NCBI GenBank assembly: GCA_012295275.1
Contig: CM022670.1
Coordinates: 25,916,001-25,980,000 of the forward strand
DNA length: 64,000 nt
Reading direction: 5' to 3'
Source of the DNA: Chrysomallon squamiferum
Lineage: Eukaryota > Animalia > Mollusca
Shown piece after piece: positions 1-16,229 of this stretch; positions within the stretch are counted from its first letter, which is position 1, and every line of letters starts with the position of its first letter. The translations under genes were made by a program, and so were the position numbers. The notes under the pieces are model-generated. The model did no database searches. It was not told the origin of the DNA and saw nothing but the letters and a program-made list of their open reading frames with translations.

Positions 1-664
1 GTTTGTAATCTACATTTAATCACCACGTACTAAAACAACTTTACACCCTATCCTGTACCTCAACAAACCTTTTATTGCATTCTTTAGTCTTCATTAAACA
101 AGGAAATGAAAACACAAACAAGACAGCGACCCAGTGAATTATATTCCTTAACGGTTTAATATACGTCCAACACAACACAATAACTAAATTCTTTCATCAA
201 AATTCTTTCCTATTTATACTCTCCTTATAAAATGATTAACACCTTTAACAAGTTATTGCAGATGATACAAAACAGCAGGTGTGTATACAAGATGAGTCAG
301 TGGCTGGCTGGATGCAGTACATAGATGTGTGTTATACAATAACTTTAGAGTTCCATGCAGGTTTATGGCCAATATTACCTGTGTTTAAAACAGATCAACA
401 CAGTACGCTAACAAATATTTCTTTTCATGTTAAATTATTGTCAAGATCACCTGCTAGTTGTACGCAGTTTTTAATTATGTGAAAAATAATTGTTTAAATT
501 CCAGCATTTGTGATGTAAATAAAAATAATTTTTGTTTAAACTCTGGCACTTTTTCAGATGTTAGTTATTTTTGGTTTTAGTGGGAATGGGTTTGTTTTTA
601 CATAAAAAATTTGAAACAGAATTTGCCTGCACATTACAGAAACCTTTTTTTAGTAATAACAATG

Positions 665-696
<32 letters not shown>

Positions 697-1480
697 GATG
701 AGGATGAAGTTGATGATAATGATAGTGATGATGATCATGATAACAATAATAATAAAGAATATTTCATCAATGTAGCCCATTAATATTACCCCAGTTGAAA
801 AAAAAGAAACCCCAAAACAAACAACCCTGTTAACATTTCCTTTCTGTAGTAACTTAGAAAAAATATATATATTTGCATTTCAAACACAGAGCGCCTTTTA
901 GTCTGAGAATAATTTATCACTTAATACGACTTGAATTCATTTAGCAAGTTTTAATGCGCTGTTATGGAAATTGATGTAGCTGCAAAACCAAAAGCAAGAT
1001 TCAAGGGAATTACATCTACATTGTATATGACCCTGAGGAGCAACCCAGAAAAAGCAGCAGTGTTTGTACATGATCCAACACTCACACAACAACATGTTTT
1101 TACTTTTTCTGGCAGACATATACCATAATGTTCTCTGTTTAGTGTCTCCAGAAGAAATGTTCAACAAACGTTCATAGAACACAGGAAAACAAAACAGTTA
1201 TCATTTTTGTTTCCTGAATGTTTGTAATACAGTACTTCATAATGATTAAAGATTTAAAGTCCAAAGTTGTTTTGCTTTTTTTTCGTTTTTATATAAAACA
1301 TAATTTGGATTTTGTTTCTGTCTTTTTTACAAGAATTTTTATTAATAAAGTAATGAATATTTATTAATTTTAAAATGCCTCAGCACCTAAAATTAATTTA
1401 TTAGATGTCATTATGTTTTCTGGTATAATGAAATTAAAAAAGAAGAATCCCATCACACTCTTTGAGCTACTTTTAATGAT

Positions 1481-1548
1481 TAGCAACACAATATCTTTTA
1501 TACACACCTTCTCATACACAGGAAAACAAATTTCATGGCCATTGTTAA
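1481..1548. mobile_element. MetaSINE-like relic
   Basis: TCTTTTATACACACCTTCTCATACACAGGAAAACA..CATGGCC, similar to the 6253 copy. Confidence 0.5.
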
Positions 1549-2559
1549 AATAATCAGAATGGGAGGAAGCTTGAATAATGCACTGAGAAGATATGTTTAA
1601 CCAATGAAATATAAATCAATCTACAGAATATGCCTTCCAGTAGACAAGAAAGCACATTTCACGGTCAAAGTTAAAATAATCATGGCAATTGTCTGGAATA
1701 GGAAAAAGACTAAATAATGCAGTGTGAAGAAATGGTCTTATATTTAACCAGTGAACTACAGGCCAATCTGCAGAATGTAGCAAAACATTTTCTCAGTTTG
1801 GAATAACAACAGAGAGACAGGAAAGCACGTCAGAAGCAGTGAGGAATTCTCCTGAGACCAGACTGAATTCTATTACAATTTGTACATTTCACACACAACA
1901 ATTAGACAGGATTCTGCGTGTGAAGTGGTGGCTGACAGGATCAATTCCCAACAGTGCTAGATCAGTTTCCCTTGCATGCAACACGAGCTGAATAATTTAT
2001 ACATTTTTGTTAAGTTCAACGTGCAGAAAAACAAAGTAAGTTTTAATGAAGAGAACTAAATGTCTCTGTGTTAAATGATTCTGTACTGAAAAGAATTATA
2101 TATACCAAAACCAGATAGGGCATAACATCTACTACTAATCCAAACTTTTTAATATATTTCATTTTTTTAATAACCTTTAAGAATTTAAATGCAAAAATGC
2201 CTTAAAATTAAAATCAAAAACAACAATAGTTATAATAAATAGTAAGTAAAAATATTATGTACAAAATATACAGTTTTTAATATTCCTTAAAATTAAAGAA
2301 ATGATGTGAAAAATAAATGAAGCTCAGTCTGTTTTGACCAAATTTCTGAGTCATACACACACACATAAATTTTTGAAGAGCAAAATACAAACTGCTAAAT
2401 TTTTGTGATGCATTACAATAAAAACTTGTCAAAATGTGTCACTGGGTCACTGGTGTTAAAAGTTCAACATTCATTCCAGAAGCATGTCAAAGATCTCAAA
2501 AAGAAGACTTGAGATTTCAGCGATGGACATAATTTTCAATATGACATGACTTTCATTAT

Positions 2560-2560
2560 A

Positions 2561-2601
<41 letters not shown>

Positions 2602-2606
2602 TGATG

Positions 2607-2638
<32 letters not shown>

Positions 2639-2810
2639 GAAGAAGAAGAGAAGGAGAAAGGTATATTAATTAATTATGATAATGATTATGATGATTATGA
2701 TGATATATTAATAATGATGATGAAATGATGATGATGATATGAAGAAGAAGAAGATGAAGAGGAATGATAATGATAATTATGATAATAATATTAATAATAA
2801 TAATAATAAA
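2560..2810. repeat. (AAT)n/(GAT)n/(GAA)n tract
   Basis: Seen directly. Confidence 0.9.
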
Positions 2811-5149
2811 TGAAAACACCCCCAAAATAATTGGAATGTATGGCAGATGATGCCCTTTCTCAAGATTTGAAATATGTGCAGATGCAAGGGTCATACGTTT
2901 GCTTCTTAGCATATTAATTGGTTCAATATCTGATGGAATTTCAGTGAAGTGTCAATCTAGTGAAAGTCAAATCTTGTTCCCTTCAACAAACCAAGTCGCT
3001 GTAATAAGATGAGCACTTTGTCATCGTGTCGATGCAATCACTTTGGATAAAAGCAATTAAAAACCTTCATTAACAGGCTCTGTATCTTTATGACAGTCAA
3101 TCACAGTGTTATTAATCATTCTCGTAACGAGAAAGACAAATTAATCATGGCCAAGATGAATTCTGTCACCGTGACAACAGAGCAGATGCTGTTGTTAGAT
3201 GCTGCTAAGATCATTTTCTTCTTTTCTTCTTCAAATTTAAGTGGATTTTTTTTCTTTTCTTTTTCTTTTTTTATTATTATTATGATTTTTTTTTTAATGT
3301 TTCTGAGACTTAATGTTAAATAAATTTCAAAATTTTCTTTATAAATGGTAAATTACTGTGGAATAGTTTAGCAAAAAAAAAGAAAAAATGTTTATTTTTA
3401 ATTCTAGCTATTATTAATAAAGTTTTGTAAAAATGGCCAAAATGCATGAAAGGATGTTGTAAGGATTTGTGTCTAAAACTCTAAAAAAACTAAACTTTTT
3501 AAATAAATAATGAAATAATGAAATCAGATCTAATGGGCCATGGACATGTAATTTTAAGAAAAATTACATTTATGATTTTTGACTTGTAGAAACTTTAATT
3601 TTTGAAAATGAACTGATGCTCTACATGTCTCCTTATACTATGGAGGAAAAAAACTTTTCTGTTAAATAAAGACTACACCTACCTCATCAGTCAACTTTTC
3701 ATATTTGAATACTTCAATCAATTTTCGCACTCATATGTTAAAGCTTAGCTACATTTTCATCATAACATGTTCTGTAAGAAATGTTGAAAATTTTGGCTAC
3801 TAAAACAAATCTCACCTTTAAAACAGCCAGTAAAAAAAAAATAATCCTTCTGGTAAATCTCAGTACAACCGCATGTAAGTTCACCACAGCCAGGTATTCA
3901 GACCCAGTCCTAGCCTGTCCTGCCTCAGACACTGATGGTCACATCCTAATCCATACAATAAACAAAAATATCAAGTGTTAATCTTCAGACATTATTCACC
4001 ACCCTCTTTGTACTCGGAGAAGGTAGCCACAGCCCTGGGCCCTGCTATTCAATGGTAACCCCACAGACACACGCTGGCAGAAAAAGACAGTTAACAGTAT
4101 TTTATCACTGAGAGCACTTACATGTTTCCACACCCTGTAGTCAAGTATTTGAAAAGAACAGCCATAAGTCTTAAGGGAATGTCCCCACAGCTAGAAAAAC
4201 AACACCTACAATTGGAAATGGTTCTGCTGTGAATGTCCCCCACAAATGTAGCCAGAATGTTTAATAGCTGGTTTTGCATTGAGACAAGGATTTAATCATG
4301 CTCGTAATAAACAGGTAGCTCTAGAGAGAAAGTTTTTTTTATTTTCTTCTTCTTCTTCTCTTTCTCTTTCTGTTCTCTCGAGGGTTTAACATTTTACAGA
4401 TGTTTGTACATTGATGGATCAACTTAATTCTTTCCAGACCCAGAAAAACAGCCAAATGTATTCAGCTGCCTTTTAAGAAAACATTACCAGAAAATAGCAG
4501 ATGCATTTGGAAAGGAAAAAACATGACAGTAATGGTTTAACAGATGAATACAATTGCACAGAATTTGTTCTTGCGTCCTGAAGAATTAGATTTAAACTTG
4601 CAGATAATGTGTTTTCATGCATATTCACCCACTGTTATGCTTGATGGGAAAAACATATCTAAAGCCTTGTCTATCACTTTCAGTTAAAATCTGAATTTTA
4701 CTGAAATGGTTAAAAAATGTATATGAACATGGAATTTACAAACACACACACACACATGCACACATATGAAATTTGTATAAATAATTTACAAACATTTTAC
4801 ATACTTAAATATACCTATAGCATACACACTCAGTTACTCACACACAAGAACACACACACACATTTGTTTAAAAGCAAGTGAACAGATGGATGCACAGATG
4901 AATGGACAGATGGATGGATTAGATGGTGACTGGCTGGATTCACCAGGAGGAATTTACACATAAATAATTTTTCAGAACATGAAGATAACAGCCACATCTC
5001 AGGATAAAAATCAGCATTTCAAAACTTATGTAATCATTTCACATAAATCACTGGTTTTAAAAAACAATCATAAATATATTTATAAATATCAGTAAAATAT
5101 CTTTACCAAAAGATGTCACTGGAAATTAATTTTATTAAGCAATTTACAT

Positions 5150-5680
5150 TAACTGTAAAACATGGCAGAAGACGACATTACTTGGATTAATAAGTGTCAT
5201 TTCTACCATGTAACTTTAGTAGAAACTACATTTACATAACCAAATGACAGACCACATATATAAAGTGTCACAGTTATGTGTGTAAAACATGGCCAAACAT
5301 TAAATTGCTAATGTATTTACTACCAAAAGATTTTAGTGAAAAGTAAACTGACATAATCAAAATTTCAGATGACATGTGTAAAGTGTGACAGTCATACATG
5401 TAAAATGTGGCCAAACAGTCAATCAGTTTCCTTTACAATCAAAAGATTTTAGTAGAAACTAAATGTACCTAATCAGTTGACAAACTATCAATATAAAGTG
5501 TCATAGTTGCATATGTAAGCATCTGTATTAGTAAGTGTCTGTACTATCAAAAGATTTCAGTTAAAATTACATTTATATAATCAACTGACAGACCATTTAC
5601 CTTGGTAATATCTTTACTGCCAAAAGATTTGAAAGAAAAGTAAACAGTTATGAGTTTAAAACATGGCAGCTGTTAACATA
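5150..5680. repeat. Degenerate ~120-bp tandem repeat
   Basis: Recurring AAAAGATTTTAGT, TAAAGTGTCACAGT and AAAACATGGC blocks. Confidence 0.6.
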
Positions 5681-6252
5681 CATACTGGATGAATAAATCC
5701 TAAAAAGACGATCATTGATAACCCTGTTAAAGTTCACTAACAAATCTTTATATTTACCAATGATTAGTAAATGTATTAAAACAATTACAGTCTTTATAAA
5801 CTTGATTAAAACTTGATTAATTAATTACAGGTTATTTTAGTGTCATCATGAAAATAATGTAATTGAAAATCTGGAAGACAGGGATTTGTAGGTAAAACAA
5901 TATGTTATATTTTAACATTTTACAATATTTTCATTTGATATCAACAGTATTTCAGATTCTGCAGTTGAAAAGGCATAAAACTGATTGTTCTTAATAAAAT
6001 AGTTATCTAAAAAAATAAAGAAAACTGAATATAGTTCATAATAAATCATATTATGCCAAATTGGACAATTTCTAATTCCAGTCAAGGCTGTACAAATGGA
6101 ATATAAAAGGCTGAGGAATGTATTTATTTAATGATTCCTGAATACGGTTAGAAAATTTTTTAAATTAACTTTTACTTATTTTCAGTCAGTGTGTTTTTCT
6201 GTACTGTTAAAGAAGTAGCTCTGTGTTGCTATGCCTTGGTCTTTTCATTTGT

Positions 6253-6323
6253 TAGCAGTAAATATTCTTTTATATGCACCTTCTCACAGACAGGAAAGCA
6301 CTTAGCATGGCTATTGATAAACC
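6253..6323. mobile_element. MetaSINE-like relic
   Basis: TCTTTTATATGCACCTTCTCACAGACAGGAAAGCAC..CATGGC resembles the recalled Meta domain of mollusc SINEs. Confidence 0.6.
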
Positions 6324-7244
6324 ACAAGACCTTGGGTAAACCACTGAAGGATTGAATCTGCATCACATTCTTTTTTAGATGAACATTCCAACAACTGAAC
6401 TGCAGTATCATCCTTTTTCTTTATAATCTTATTAAAAAAAACTGAATCTTTTTTTTCTTAAAATAGGATTCACTTCTGATTTCTTTATCAACATTCAATC
6501 CAAATTCTTTACACAATCGTCTTTCCCATCTCTCTGATTTTTCTCTTTTTATTTATTTTTTTTTAATTTCATCTTTAAAAAAAAAAAAAAAAAAGAAGGG
6601 TTTTATTCATTTCATCAAAATTATCAAAGAACAGCCAAGTTACCAAAGTGCTGCAAAGTCAAAACTTTTGATCGATGCGAAACTAATTCCATCATCCGTC
6701 CATCCATCTTGTTTTATTTTTACCTGTGCACAAAAGGCTACTGTTGACAAAGTTAAGTCAACGAGTTCACACCAAGCACCAGTTCCATTTTCACAAGAGA
6801 TGCAGGTGACACATAGATCATGATTAAGGGGCATTTCTTCTGACATGTAATAAAGTCAGTGCGGTAAAAGCGAAACGCTATAATTACAACAGGGACCCAT
6901 TCTCAGACTCCCAGTCTACCAAGAATAAATCTTTGTCTTTACTGCACTCCTGGTGCTAAGACGCGAAATGAATTTTTGTAAATTTACTTTTCTGATATGT
7001 CTGCGGAGAAAAAACAAGTTCGATGGGCCAGTGGAGCGACGGTAAATAAAAAAGCGACTTTCTGATGCGCTAAATCAAATGTTAACTGTGTCTTATTAAA
7101 CTGACAAAGACAGTTATTAATCTACAAATTATGCCGAACAGATTATTATGTTGTTCTGTATATAAACACTTCCAGAAAAGCCAAAGCAGGATGGGATAGT
7201 TTTAGTGTTATCATCATTATTATTGTTGTTGTTGTTGTTATTAA

Positions 7245-7290
<46 letters not shown>

Positions 7291-8815
7291 GCTTTTGTGG
7301 TTGTTGTTATTAATAATATTATTGTGAATATTATTAGTGTTATTCTTATTTTTATTATTATTAGTATTATTGGCGTTGCTGCTGTTGTTATTGTTTTTCC
7401 TGTTTTTCTTAAAAATAATCAAGCTCTAAATTAAAACAATTAATGTTTACAAAGTACAAATTAAAAAGCTATATATTCAAAAGAAATTATCTAACTTAGT
7501 TGTTATATTTGTTACCCCCTATAACAGGTTGGATAATAATTTGGGAAGTACAAATAGAAGTTACTTTACTGTTATACGTTTAAAAATGGCAACAGAAGGT
7601 TACCACCATTAATATCTAAAATAAACCATGTGTATTTGTCCTCTAATAAACTTGTATACAAATAATGTCTTTAAATATAAAAAAAAATGACATTTAAATA
7701 TCCATAAATAGTGATGTAAAATGCATAACTTTTACTAAACTTGATAAATTCCTGGAAACATAATGTTTTGTTCTTTAACTGGAATGGTTATTTTTCCCAT
7801 GATCTGATAAAACAGTTTGCTTGTTAATCATTGTGTAAACCATGAACGACACAAAACGCCCCAGGTATAGGAATAATTTTTGGTGTATGAACGTTAATTC
7901 AATGACCTTTTGCCTCCGGCTACAAGTTAACATAAAAGCTACAGGAGTCAACCATTTACACAGATATTCACACATTTGTATTTCAGTTTGTATGCTTTGA
8001 TAAATTTGTAGGCAAATATAATTAAATTATAAGGGCCAGTGATCTTACAAAAACAAATATTTCTTTCTTTTTCTTTTTTTTTTTTTTTTTTTCAATTTAC
8101 ATTATGTAAGAAACTGGTAAGTATTTATGATAAAAATACACAGACAATGGTTTTATCAAAGCAGATAATTAAAAAAATATTTTGTTGTTTTTTTATTTCA
8201 GTTTATATAATCTAATACATTTTTATGCAGATAAATAATATTATTAACATTCAAAACCAAAGAACTTAACAAACTAATGGAAGTCTAATTTTATTATTGT
8301 TAAAGCTTACAATCTAAGAATTAAATTGTTTTGAATTACTGTAAACAAATTTTTAGTGAAAGTATATAAAAAAAAAAATTAACACTGAAGTTATTTATAC
8401 TACTTGTAATATAGTCTGACTGCAAAAACAAGATGGCTGCAAAAAAGGACACATGATTACAAATCTAAAATTTCCATCAAGTGATTTCAGACACTCCAGA
8501 CATCAAACAAACTAAAAGTCTGTATTGGATCTGTTCACCAAATTGGTACTCAAATGATAAATATAGTGATTTGGCTTGTGGACTAAAAAGTAAATACCTA
8601 AGAGCTTCCTGGATAATTATAGTTTAGTCATTACATTATCAGTCTGGACAGTAATAAAGTTACATTATCTAAACCTTAATGATAATTTCAGTAATTCACA
8701 GAATCTTTAAACAGACTCTATTTTAAAAGAAAGGTAATTATTTTAAATAATAAAAATGTATGTTCATCATTATACATATATTAATGGTACAGATACATAT
8801 ATGTGTGTTTGTGTG

Positions 8816-8865
<50 letters not shown>

Positions 8866-9366
8866 TATATATATATATATTAGAAGATTTAATATTTAAA
8901 TTTGTTTCTTATTGTTTATCTAATTTAATTAAATGTTTGATATAAAGTATACCATAAGGGATAGTGAGATGGCCAAATTCTCATGTAACAGAATTATTTT
9001 CAAAAACTGTACACTGAAACGAAGCAAGGAGATCTGCTACAACAGACAATGGTGTCAGTTTAAAGCAATAATGTCTTCAGGAGTTGTGTGTGTTAGTTGC
9101 TATTATGCTATTTGTGAATATCATGGGACATATCTTTATATACTGGCTCAGACCTGCCAGGAATAATTTTCTCTCACATCTTTTGTTTGCTCGCTGTGAA
9201 AGAGAAAGGTGAATGCACACTGGACAATCTGGGGAAATTGAATGGAAAATGGTAACTGTGTTAATGCAGGCTTTCATCCTAGTGTGAAACAACAGACCCT
9301 TTAATTAACAATGTAACCTGGCTGCTTCCCAGATTTCTAAATAATGTGTGATTTCTCATTTTGCAG

Positions 9367-9370
<4 letters not shown>

Positions 9371-9452
<82 letters not shown>

Positions 9453-9544
9453 CTCTCTCTCTTTGCTCTCTCTTTCTCTCTCTTTATTTTCCATCCCTTT
9501 TTTCTCTTTTTCTGTCTTTCTCCTTCCTCTCCTTTATTCATCAC

Positions 9545-9597
<53 letters not shown>
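9371..9597. repeat. (CT)n microsatellites
   Basis: Seen directly; explains the spurious SL/ER ORFs. Confidence 0.95.
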
Positions 9598-9602
<5 letters not shown>

Positions 9603-10322
9603 TACTAACTCTTTTTCTCTGACTCTCTCTTCTTTCTCATCCATCCCATCCCCTAATTCTGATATATTCATACACCACACTCAATAACAAACACACACAC
9701 AAACAAAATAATCACAGACATCTCTGTCCACATCTCAGTGACTCAGGGGTTTCAAGAATCTTTTCAGCCCAGTCAGTGTCAAATATTAAACTGACAAAGT
9801 AAAGCTTACAGACAAGGCATACAATAAAATAATTAATTACTCTGTAGATATAACATTATATTGCACCTATTAGTCACCTTATGTACATAACATTATATCA
9901 AACAATAGTGATAATAATAAATATGTGGTAGTTCTGACAGTCCTAGGTACAATTGATAACCAGATTTCTGTTACTTATTCGTGTCATTCATTTGCTGTGT
10001 TCATGCATGACTTGCGTGGTTCATGTGTCATGAAGGAATGTTATGTCAAATGTTACAACAGACTGGGTGATGTCACGTAGCATTAGAGACAAGTTTTGAA
10101 TAAATCGCCGAGTTATGCATAATGCAGTGCAGAATGTGAGTTTTGATGATTCAGACCTCATTACATACATATCTAGAATCATTTAAGTACACTGAGACAT
10201 GTACCAGTATGTGCACAGACAGAAAACCACTCACATGATTAGAAACATATACACAAATACAGATATTCACACACAGTTCATATATATATATATATGTGTG
10301 TGTGTGTGTATGTCTGTCTGTC

Positions 10323-10391
<69 letters not shown>

Positions 10392-12272
10392 ATATTTACT
10401 TGCTACATAATATAAAAATTATTCTGAAATATCTTACATCAAGAAAAATTGTATTTTGAACGTTACATAATTTATGGTAGGAAATTTCATTTTTTTCCTA
10501 GCAGTTTACTAAATTAATCTGAGACTTTTTTCTCTCTCTTTTCACTATGACTATATGATATATTTCCACTTTTATTATTTTTTTTTATTCTGTTGTTGTT
10601 GATTATTTTATTTTATTTTATTTTATTTTATTTTATTTATTTATTTTAATTTTTTTTTTTTTTTTTTTTTTTTTGCATCATAATATTTGAATATCACAAT
10701 AACTGGATATTTCTAGAATTATTAAAGAGAACCTTTCTGACTTCTCAGTGTTTCTGACTTGCCTTCATCTCAAGGAAGGAAAAAAAAAACATAATTTTTT
10801 ACATCTAACTGTGAACATGAGATAAGAAAATTAATTTCACCCAGCTGTCAGAGAACCAATATGAGAAGTTGAATTATTGTATTTTACTCAGCCAATAACA
10901 TTGTCATATATCACAGCACATTGAATGTTTTTAATATCACAAGTTTAAAAATATTTTCTTATCAACTGAAGTGAATAAAACTAGTGAAAAAAAAAGATAT
11001 TTACATTCAGTGTTTGAAGTAGTTTTGCCTTTTTTTCTTTTTGTGTGTTTGTGAGTGCATGAATGTGGTTTTGTGTTTGTTTATGTGTTTAGTATGTTTT
11101 TATGTATGTGTGACTTTGTGCCTATGTTTGTGAAGTGTATGTATGTGTGTCTGTGTGTGATTGTGTGCATGTTTGCATTTGTGTATGTAAGTTTTTATGA
11201 GTACTTGTATGTGTGTATGTGTCATTAAAATTTCATCTTTCTCTTTTGTTGTTTGAAATAAAAAGAGCATGTATGTCATTCTGTAAAAACATTCTCTACT
11301 AAAAATCCAATTAACAAACAACGATTTTAAAGAGGAGAATAATCAGCTCCATGAACAATAAACTTCAAACCAAACAGCAGTAAAGACAAGAGAACAACAT
11401 CTACTTACAAGCGACTTCGTGTCCTTTAAAGCTAATACGTTTTCTGTGAAAACAATTCCTGTTTTCTCTCAGACAGCTACTTAGAGGTTTCATATCTCTC
11501 CAGCAGATGTCATTTTTGTTTTTAATCTACACTGGCTTGATGAATTCTTTTTTCTTCTCTCTAACCAAGAAGAGACATAAAGAGTTGAAAAGCAATCAAT
11601 AACAGAAAAGTGTGAAGCCATCAACGATGCTGCTCCGACAATAAACTTGTGCGTTTGCATCTTCTGCAGTTCTGCATAATTACATGCATCTTTTACAAAG
11701 GCCATTAACACCAGAGGTGATGGTGGAAAAAAAAAAAAAAAACGAACTTCTCTTCTTCTTTTTTTAATATCTTTCTCTTTATTTTCAATGCTCGAGTTTT
11801 AATCTAAAAATGTAAATTAATATTGATTATGTAATCAGTATTCAGTTTTGTCTCGTAATAAAATTAATGAGTTTTCAGGGGAGGTGTGTGAATGTTTCTG
11901 TATGTCATTGAATGGATGTGTTTGTGTTGTGTGTGTGTGTGTGTATGTTTGTGTGTATGTGTTTATGGTGTATGTATGTGTTTGTGTGTGTTTGAGTTTG
12001 TGTGTCATTATGTGTTGATATTACTATGTATATCAATATCTGTATTCATGAATGTTTTTTTTTTTTTTTTGTATGTGTAATCCAGTCTGTTTATATACTC
12101 TTATGTGTGTTTATGTGTGCATGCATGACTTATTGTGACTGTCAGTCAGTCTGTTTATCTGTTTACATGCATACTGTTAAGCAGGAAACTACAAGAATAA
12201 ATAAGTGAATGAAATTAAATAAATAAATGAATATTTAATGAGAATAATTAGAGGGAATGCAATTTGCTTTCA

Positions 12273-12307
<35 letters not shown>

Positions 12308-13098
12308 ATTTTAATAACATAAGAACGAAATATTCAAGCAAGACATTATATATATGAATTTTCTTACAGACAAAACTTGTATATATACACCACGGCCATA
12401 GATACATGAATCACTAAGATCTGTTTGGAATATGAAACTATAAAAAAAAAAACGTTCACCAAGAAAGAAAAAAACGTACGACAACAACAAAAAAAACAAA
12501 AAAAAAACTCTAGAACAAAATGATTAACTGAAATGATACAGAAAATTACATATTATTATCTGTCTTTTTAATTTTTTTATTTATTTTTTATTTTCCGAAA
12601 GATATGATCTATTTTGCAGGCAGTGAATCATTACGCGAGCATAGAATCTCTGATTTGCTCAGCACACGTACAGTTTATTGCTCAGCACATGCAGGATGAC
12701 TAGCCGAGCATGTCCTGTAATCGTGTTCAAAGGCAATCATCTGCATGTATATAACTACTGGGGGAATTCAATCAATGCGCAAACCTGTGTTTTCTTTCAC
12801 ACGTTACTGGATCATTACGCTCGTGATATATCAGGACTGAGCGGTTCTCTACAAAACGTTTATTTCATGCTCGGCGAATGACTCAGCAGCATATTGCATA
12901 TCTTCCGTGGTTTTTTGTTATATCTGATTTTAATATGTGGTTGTTTGGTGTGGGTTTTTTTAAATGTTAAATATTTTTATTTTTCTTGATTTTTCATAGA
13001 TAATTAACTTATTTTTTTTTATGTCTTAATAGCATCTGAGTTATTTCGTTTTTATGAGCTGTTTTTTTTTTTTTTTTTAATTTTATTTTATTTTATTT

Positions 13099-13135
<37 letters not shown>

Positions 13136-16100
13136 GGATTTTGTTTTTCTTTTCTTTTCTTCTGTTTTTATTTGTATTTGTTTGGAGGATGGTTTTATCT
13201 TTTATACCAATGAAGGGTTTTACTTTCAATTTTAAATACTTTAATTTTTGTTAATATCTATACCTTTTTTTGTTTTTGTTTTTAATTTTTTTAAATATTT
13301 TTTGTTAATTGATATAAATACTGCTGTTAATTAATACCATATTTTTCAGTCTTTCATATCTATCAGTTCTATCAAGATTCTTTGCCATCCTGTTTATGTC
13401 AGTATTTATATATATGTGTACATGCATGACATTTTATGACTGTCAATTAGCTGAAACATTAGCTTTCTACTCCTGATAACTATAATGTTAGCATTAGAAA
13501 ATAAATCAATAAAATATCATTACACAATACATTTGTTTCACATGTATTTGATTTACTTTAACATTAATTTTTTTTTTTTTAATTATCATTTATTTTTTTT
13601 AAATTTGTTATAACCTTACAAGCTTATTCTAAGAATGAAAAATCAAATCAGATGTGCACAGAGCTTGTTGGTATATTTCTGAATTACGAATATCCCTGGT
13701 CAAGAATCTATTTTCAGTCCTAACCTCATCTTCCTACTTCAAAGTCTTGACCGAGGTGCACATTTAACACTTTTCTGATTTTATTCTCTCAGCGCCATTT
13801 TCTAATCAGAATTGGAAAATGAAAGTTCCGTGAGTCGGAAATTCCTCAAGACGTGTGAGGCTAAAAACCTTCCGAGCCAATCATTCAATAAAGCCTGGCA
13901 TAAATAAATCACTTTGCCTTTGTCACAGATCTATAGAAATCAATACTTTCAAGTTGTTAATTTTGCCAAGAATGGAGAAAGGGCCACGAGTTCGAAGACG
14001 GAGAGGCACCGACTGTAATTCAAAGGAATCAAATTAATTGAGCCGTGACATTTCTTTCTACGGGACAACAGTGGGCACAGGCTATCTGTTATTGCAGGTC
14101 CTGCATCAAGATTAACAAGGATAAATAAAGTTTACTGTGTCTGTTTGTACACGATACTTACCATAACAAAGCTGTATGATACTGGTTCAACAAATCAAAA
14201 TATTGTTGGTTGTCTGTTTTGTTACTGAAATCGACATTTCAGAGATTTTGAAAACTAGAAATTCTTTATGTAGAATCGTGAAAGTAGTAGTAGTAGAAGT
14301 TACATAGCACTAGTAATAGTAGGTATAGAAAGAAGTAGTAGAAGTGATATTAATAATAGTAGGTTATGGTGTTGGAAGTAGTAGTTGCAGAGGTTTTGGT
14401 GGTGGTAGTAGTAGTTGTAAAGGTTTTGGTAGTGGTAGTAGTAGTTGTAGAGGTTTTGGTAAATAGCAACACTGAAAAATTATTTATTTTAAAAATATTA
14501 TCATCTTAATTTAAAAAAAATATATTTATTAAGAATTCAGACATTACTACTACTATTAATAACAATAATGACAATGATAATGATATGATGAGGGTGATAA
14601 TAATAACAATAATGACAATGATAATAATGATAATTATGATGATGATGATGATAGTAATGATCATAAAATGATCTTCTTCTTCTTTTTCTTCTTTTTTTTT
14701 TTGAAAAATAATGGTAATGCTAAGGACACAAGAACAGAAATTACAGAGGCAGATGGAGCATTCCTGTAATAACTCAATAAGCGAACATTTGTACTGAAAT
14801 AACCCATTACGAGAATTACCAAGCGACCATGCAACGATGGATTCTAACAGGTCATAAAAATAATGTGTTCAGCATCACCCTCACATCAGATTCCTCTTGG
14901 CGTATCCTGAAGTGACGTCCATCAAAACGTTACGATTAGTCGTTGAACACAGGAGGAGAGGTTAACCTTTCGTATTGCGTTTATGTGCCAGAATCACACA
15001 AAAAATGGCCTGATTAATGTTTTCATGCTCTGCATGTGAAACGGATTGAATTATTTTTGTCCAAACTGTTAGTGAATTTTTTTCTTTCCATTTTTTTTTT
15101 TTTTTTTGGCAGAAAGGGTAGTGGGGAAAATACTGGTTTTCCGATAAATTGAAAGCTTAATGAATTTATCAGTAAGAAAGAAGAAGAAACGATGAATAAT
15201 GAAAGCAACAACATCAGAAAATTCAAATATATACATCACAGCTAGTTTAAATATGTTAATGAATTTACAGACAGTTTAAATGATAAAATTGTCATATATT
15301 GTTGATAAAATAATGTTGAAAACGCTAACTTGCCTTTATTAGTGATTATTTATTTATCATTAGGATGATCATCACTGATTAAGATTAATACTCATTACAG
15401 TCACAGTAGTTGTAGCAGCAGTGAGGAGATGGTTTTAGCAGCAGTTGTAGTTATTTTAGCACTAGCAGTACCAGCAAAAGTAGGCATTTCGTGATTGTAG
15501 TAAAAAAAGCAGAAGAAGAAGAAATAGTAGCAGTAATAACTGTAGTAGATGTAGTAGTAGTAATATAGTAAAACGTGGTAGAAGTAGTTATAGTTATAAA
15601 AAGAGTATTACTGTTAGTACAGAAATAAGCAGTAACAATTGAAAAAACAATATTACTACTAATAGCAATAAACGAAGGCATACTTTATGACTGGTACCTT
15701 AATGTCAGCATTTCAGAGATTACACTAAATCAACAAGAGTGTTTATTATTCAAACTTCTGCAATACCACTATAATTAGTTTTCCATGGCATCGACAAAAA
15801 CGTGTCAATACTCAGTTTGAAAGGATTATTGATGTGCTGGCGCTAATTGATTCTGTGAAATACTCCAGGAAAACCAAACAGTCCAAATCAATCATTCACT
15901 TATTGCTTTTATCAATTACCACGATCTCACCTTCAGCCTATAAACTAAACCCAGTGGTAGAAGAAGTGACAGAAAACGCGTCAACTTGCGTTAACTTCGG
16001 AGAGATGTTTTGTTTTGATAATAAACCAAAAAAGTAATAGTTTAGCGAGAAAAGAAGACTTGTCATGGTCTTGCACATTCCAAATTACCTCTAGGTTGGT

Positions 16101-16229
16101 GTCAATTGTAAGTATAGGAGGGGCTCATTGAAAATAATTTAGTGTAGAGAAACAAAACACTTTATATATTTTCACAGTTAGGAGCTGCTTCAGAGGTGTG
16201 TAACCTGAACCTACTTGTCATAATGCTTC

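Noticed and set aside
8760-12208. ORFs rich in CV, SL, ER or HT dipeptides (also at 18485, 22886-24838 and 30118-30435)
   Set aside because: They are translations of (GT)n, (CT)n and (CA)n microsatellites.
14154-14162. ATACTTACC resembling the U1 snRNA 5' end
   Set aside because: No further U1 similarity.
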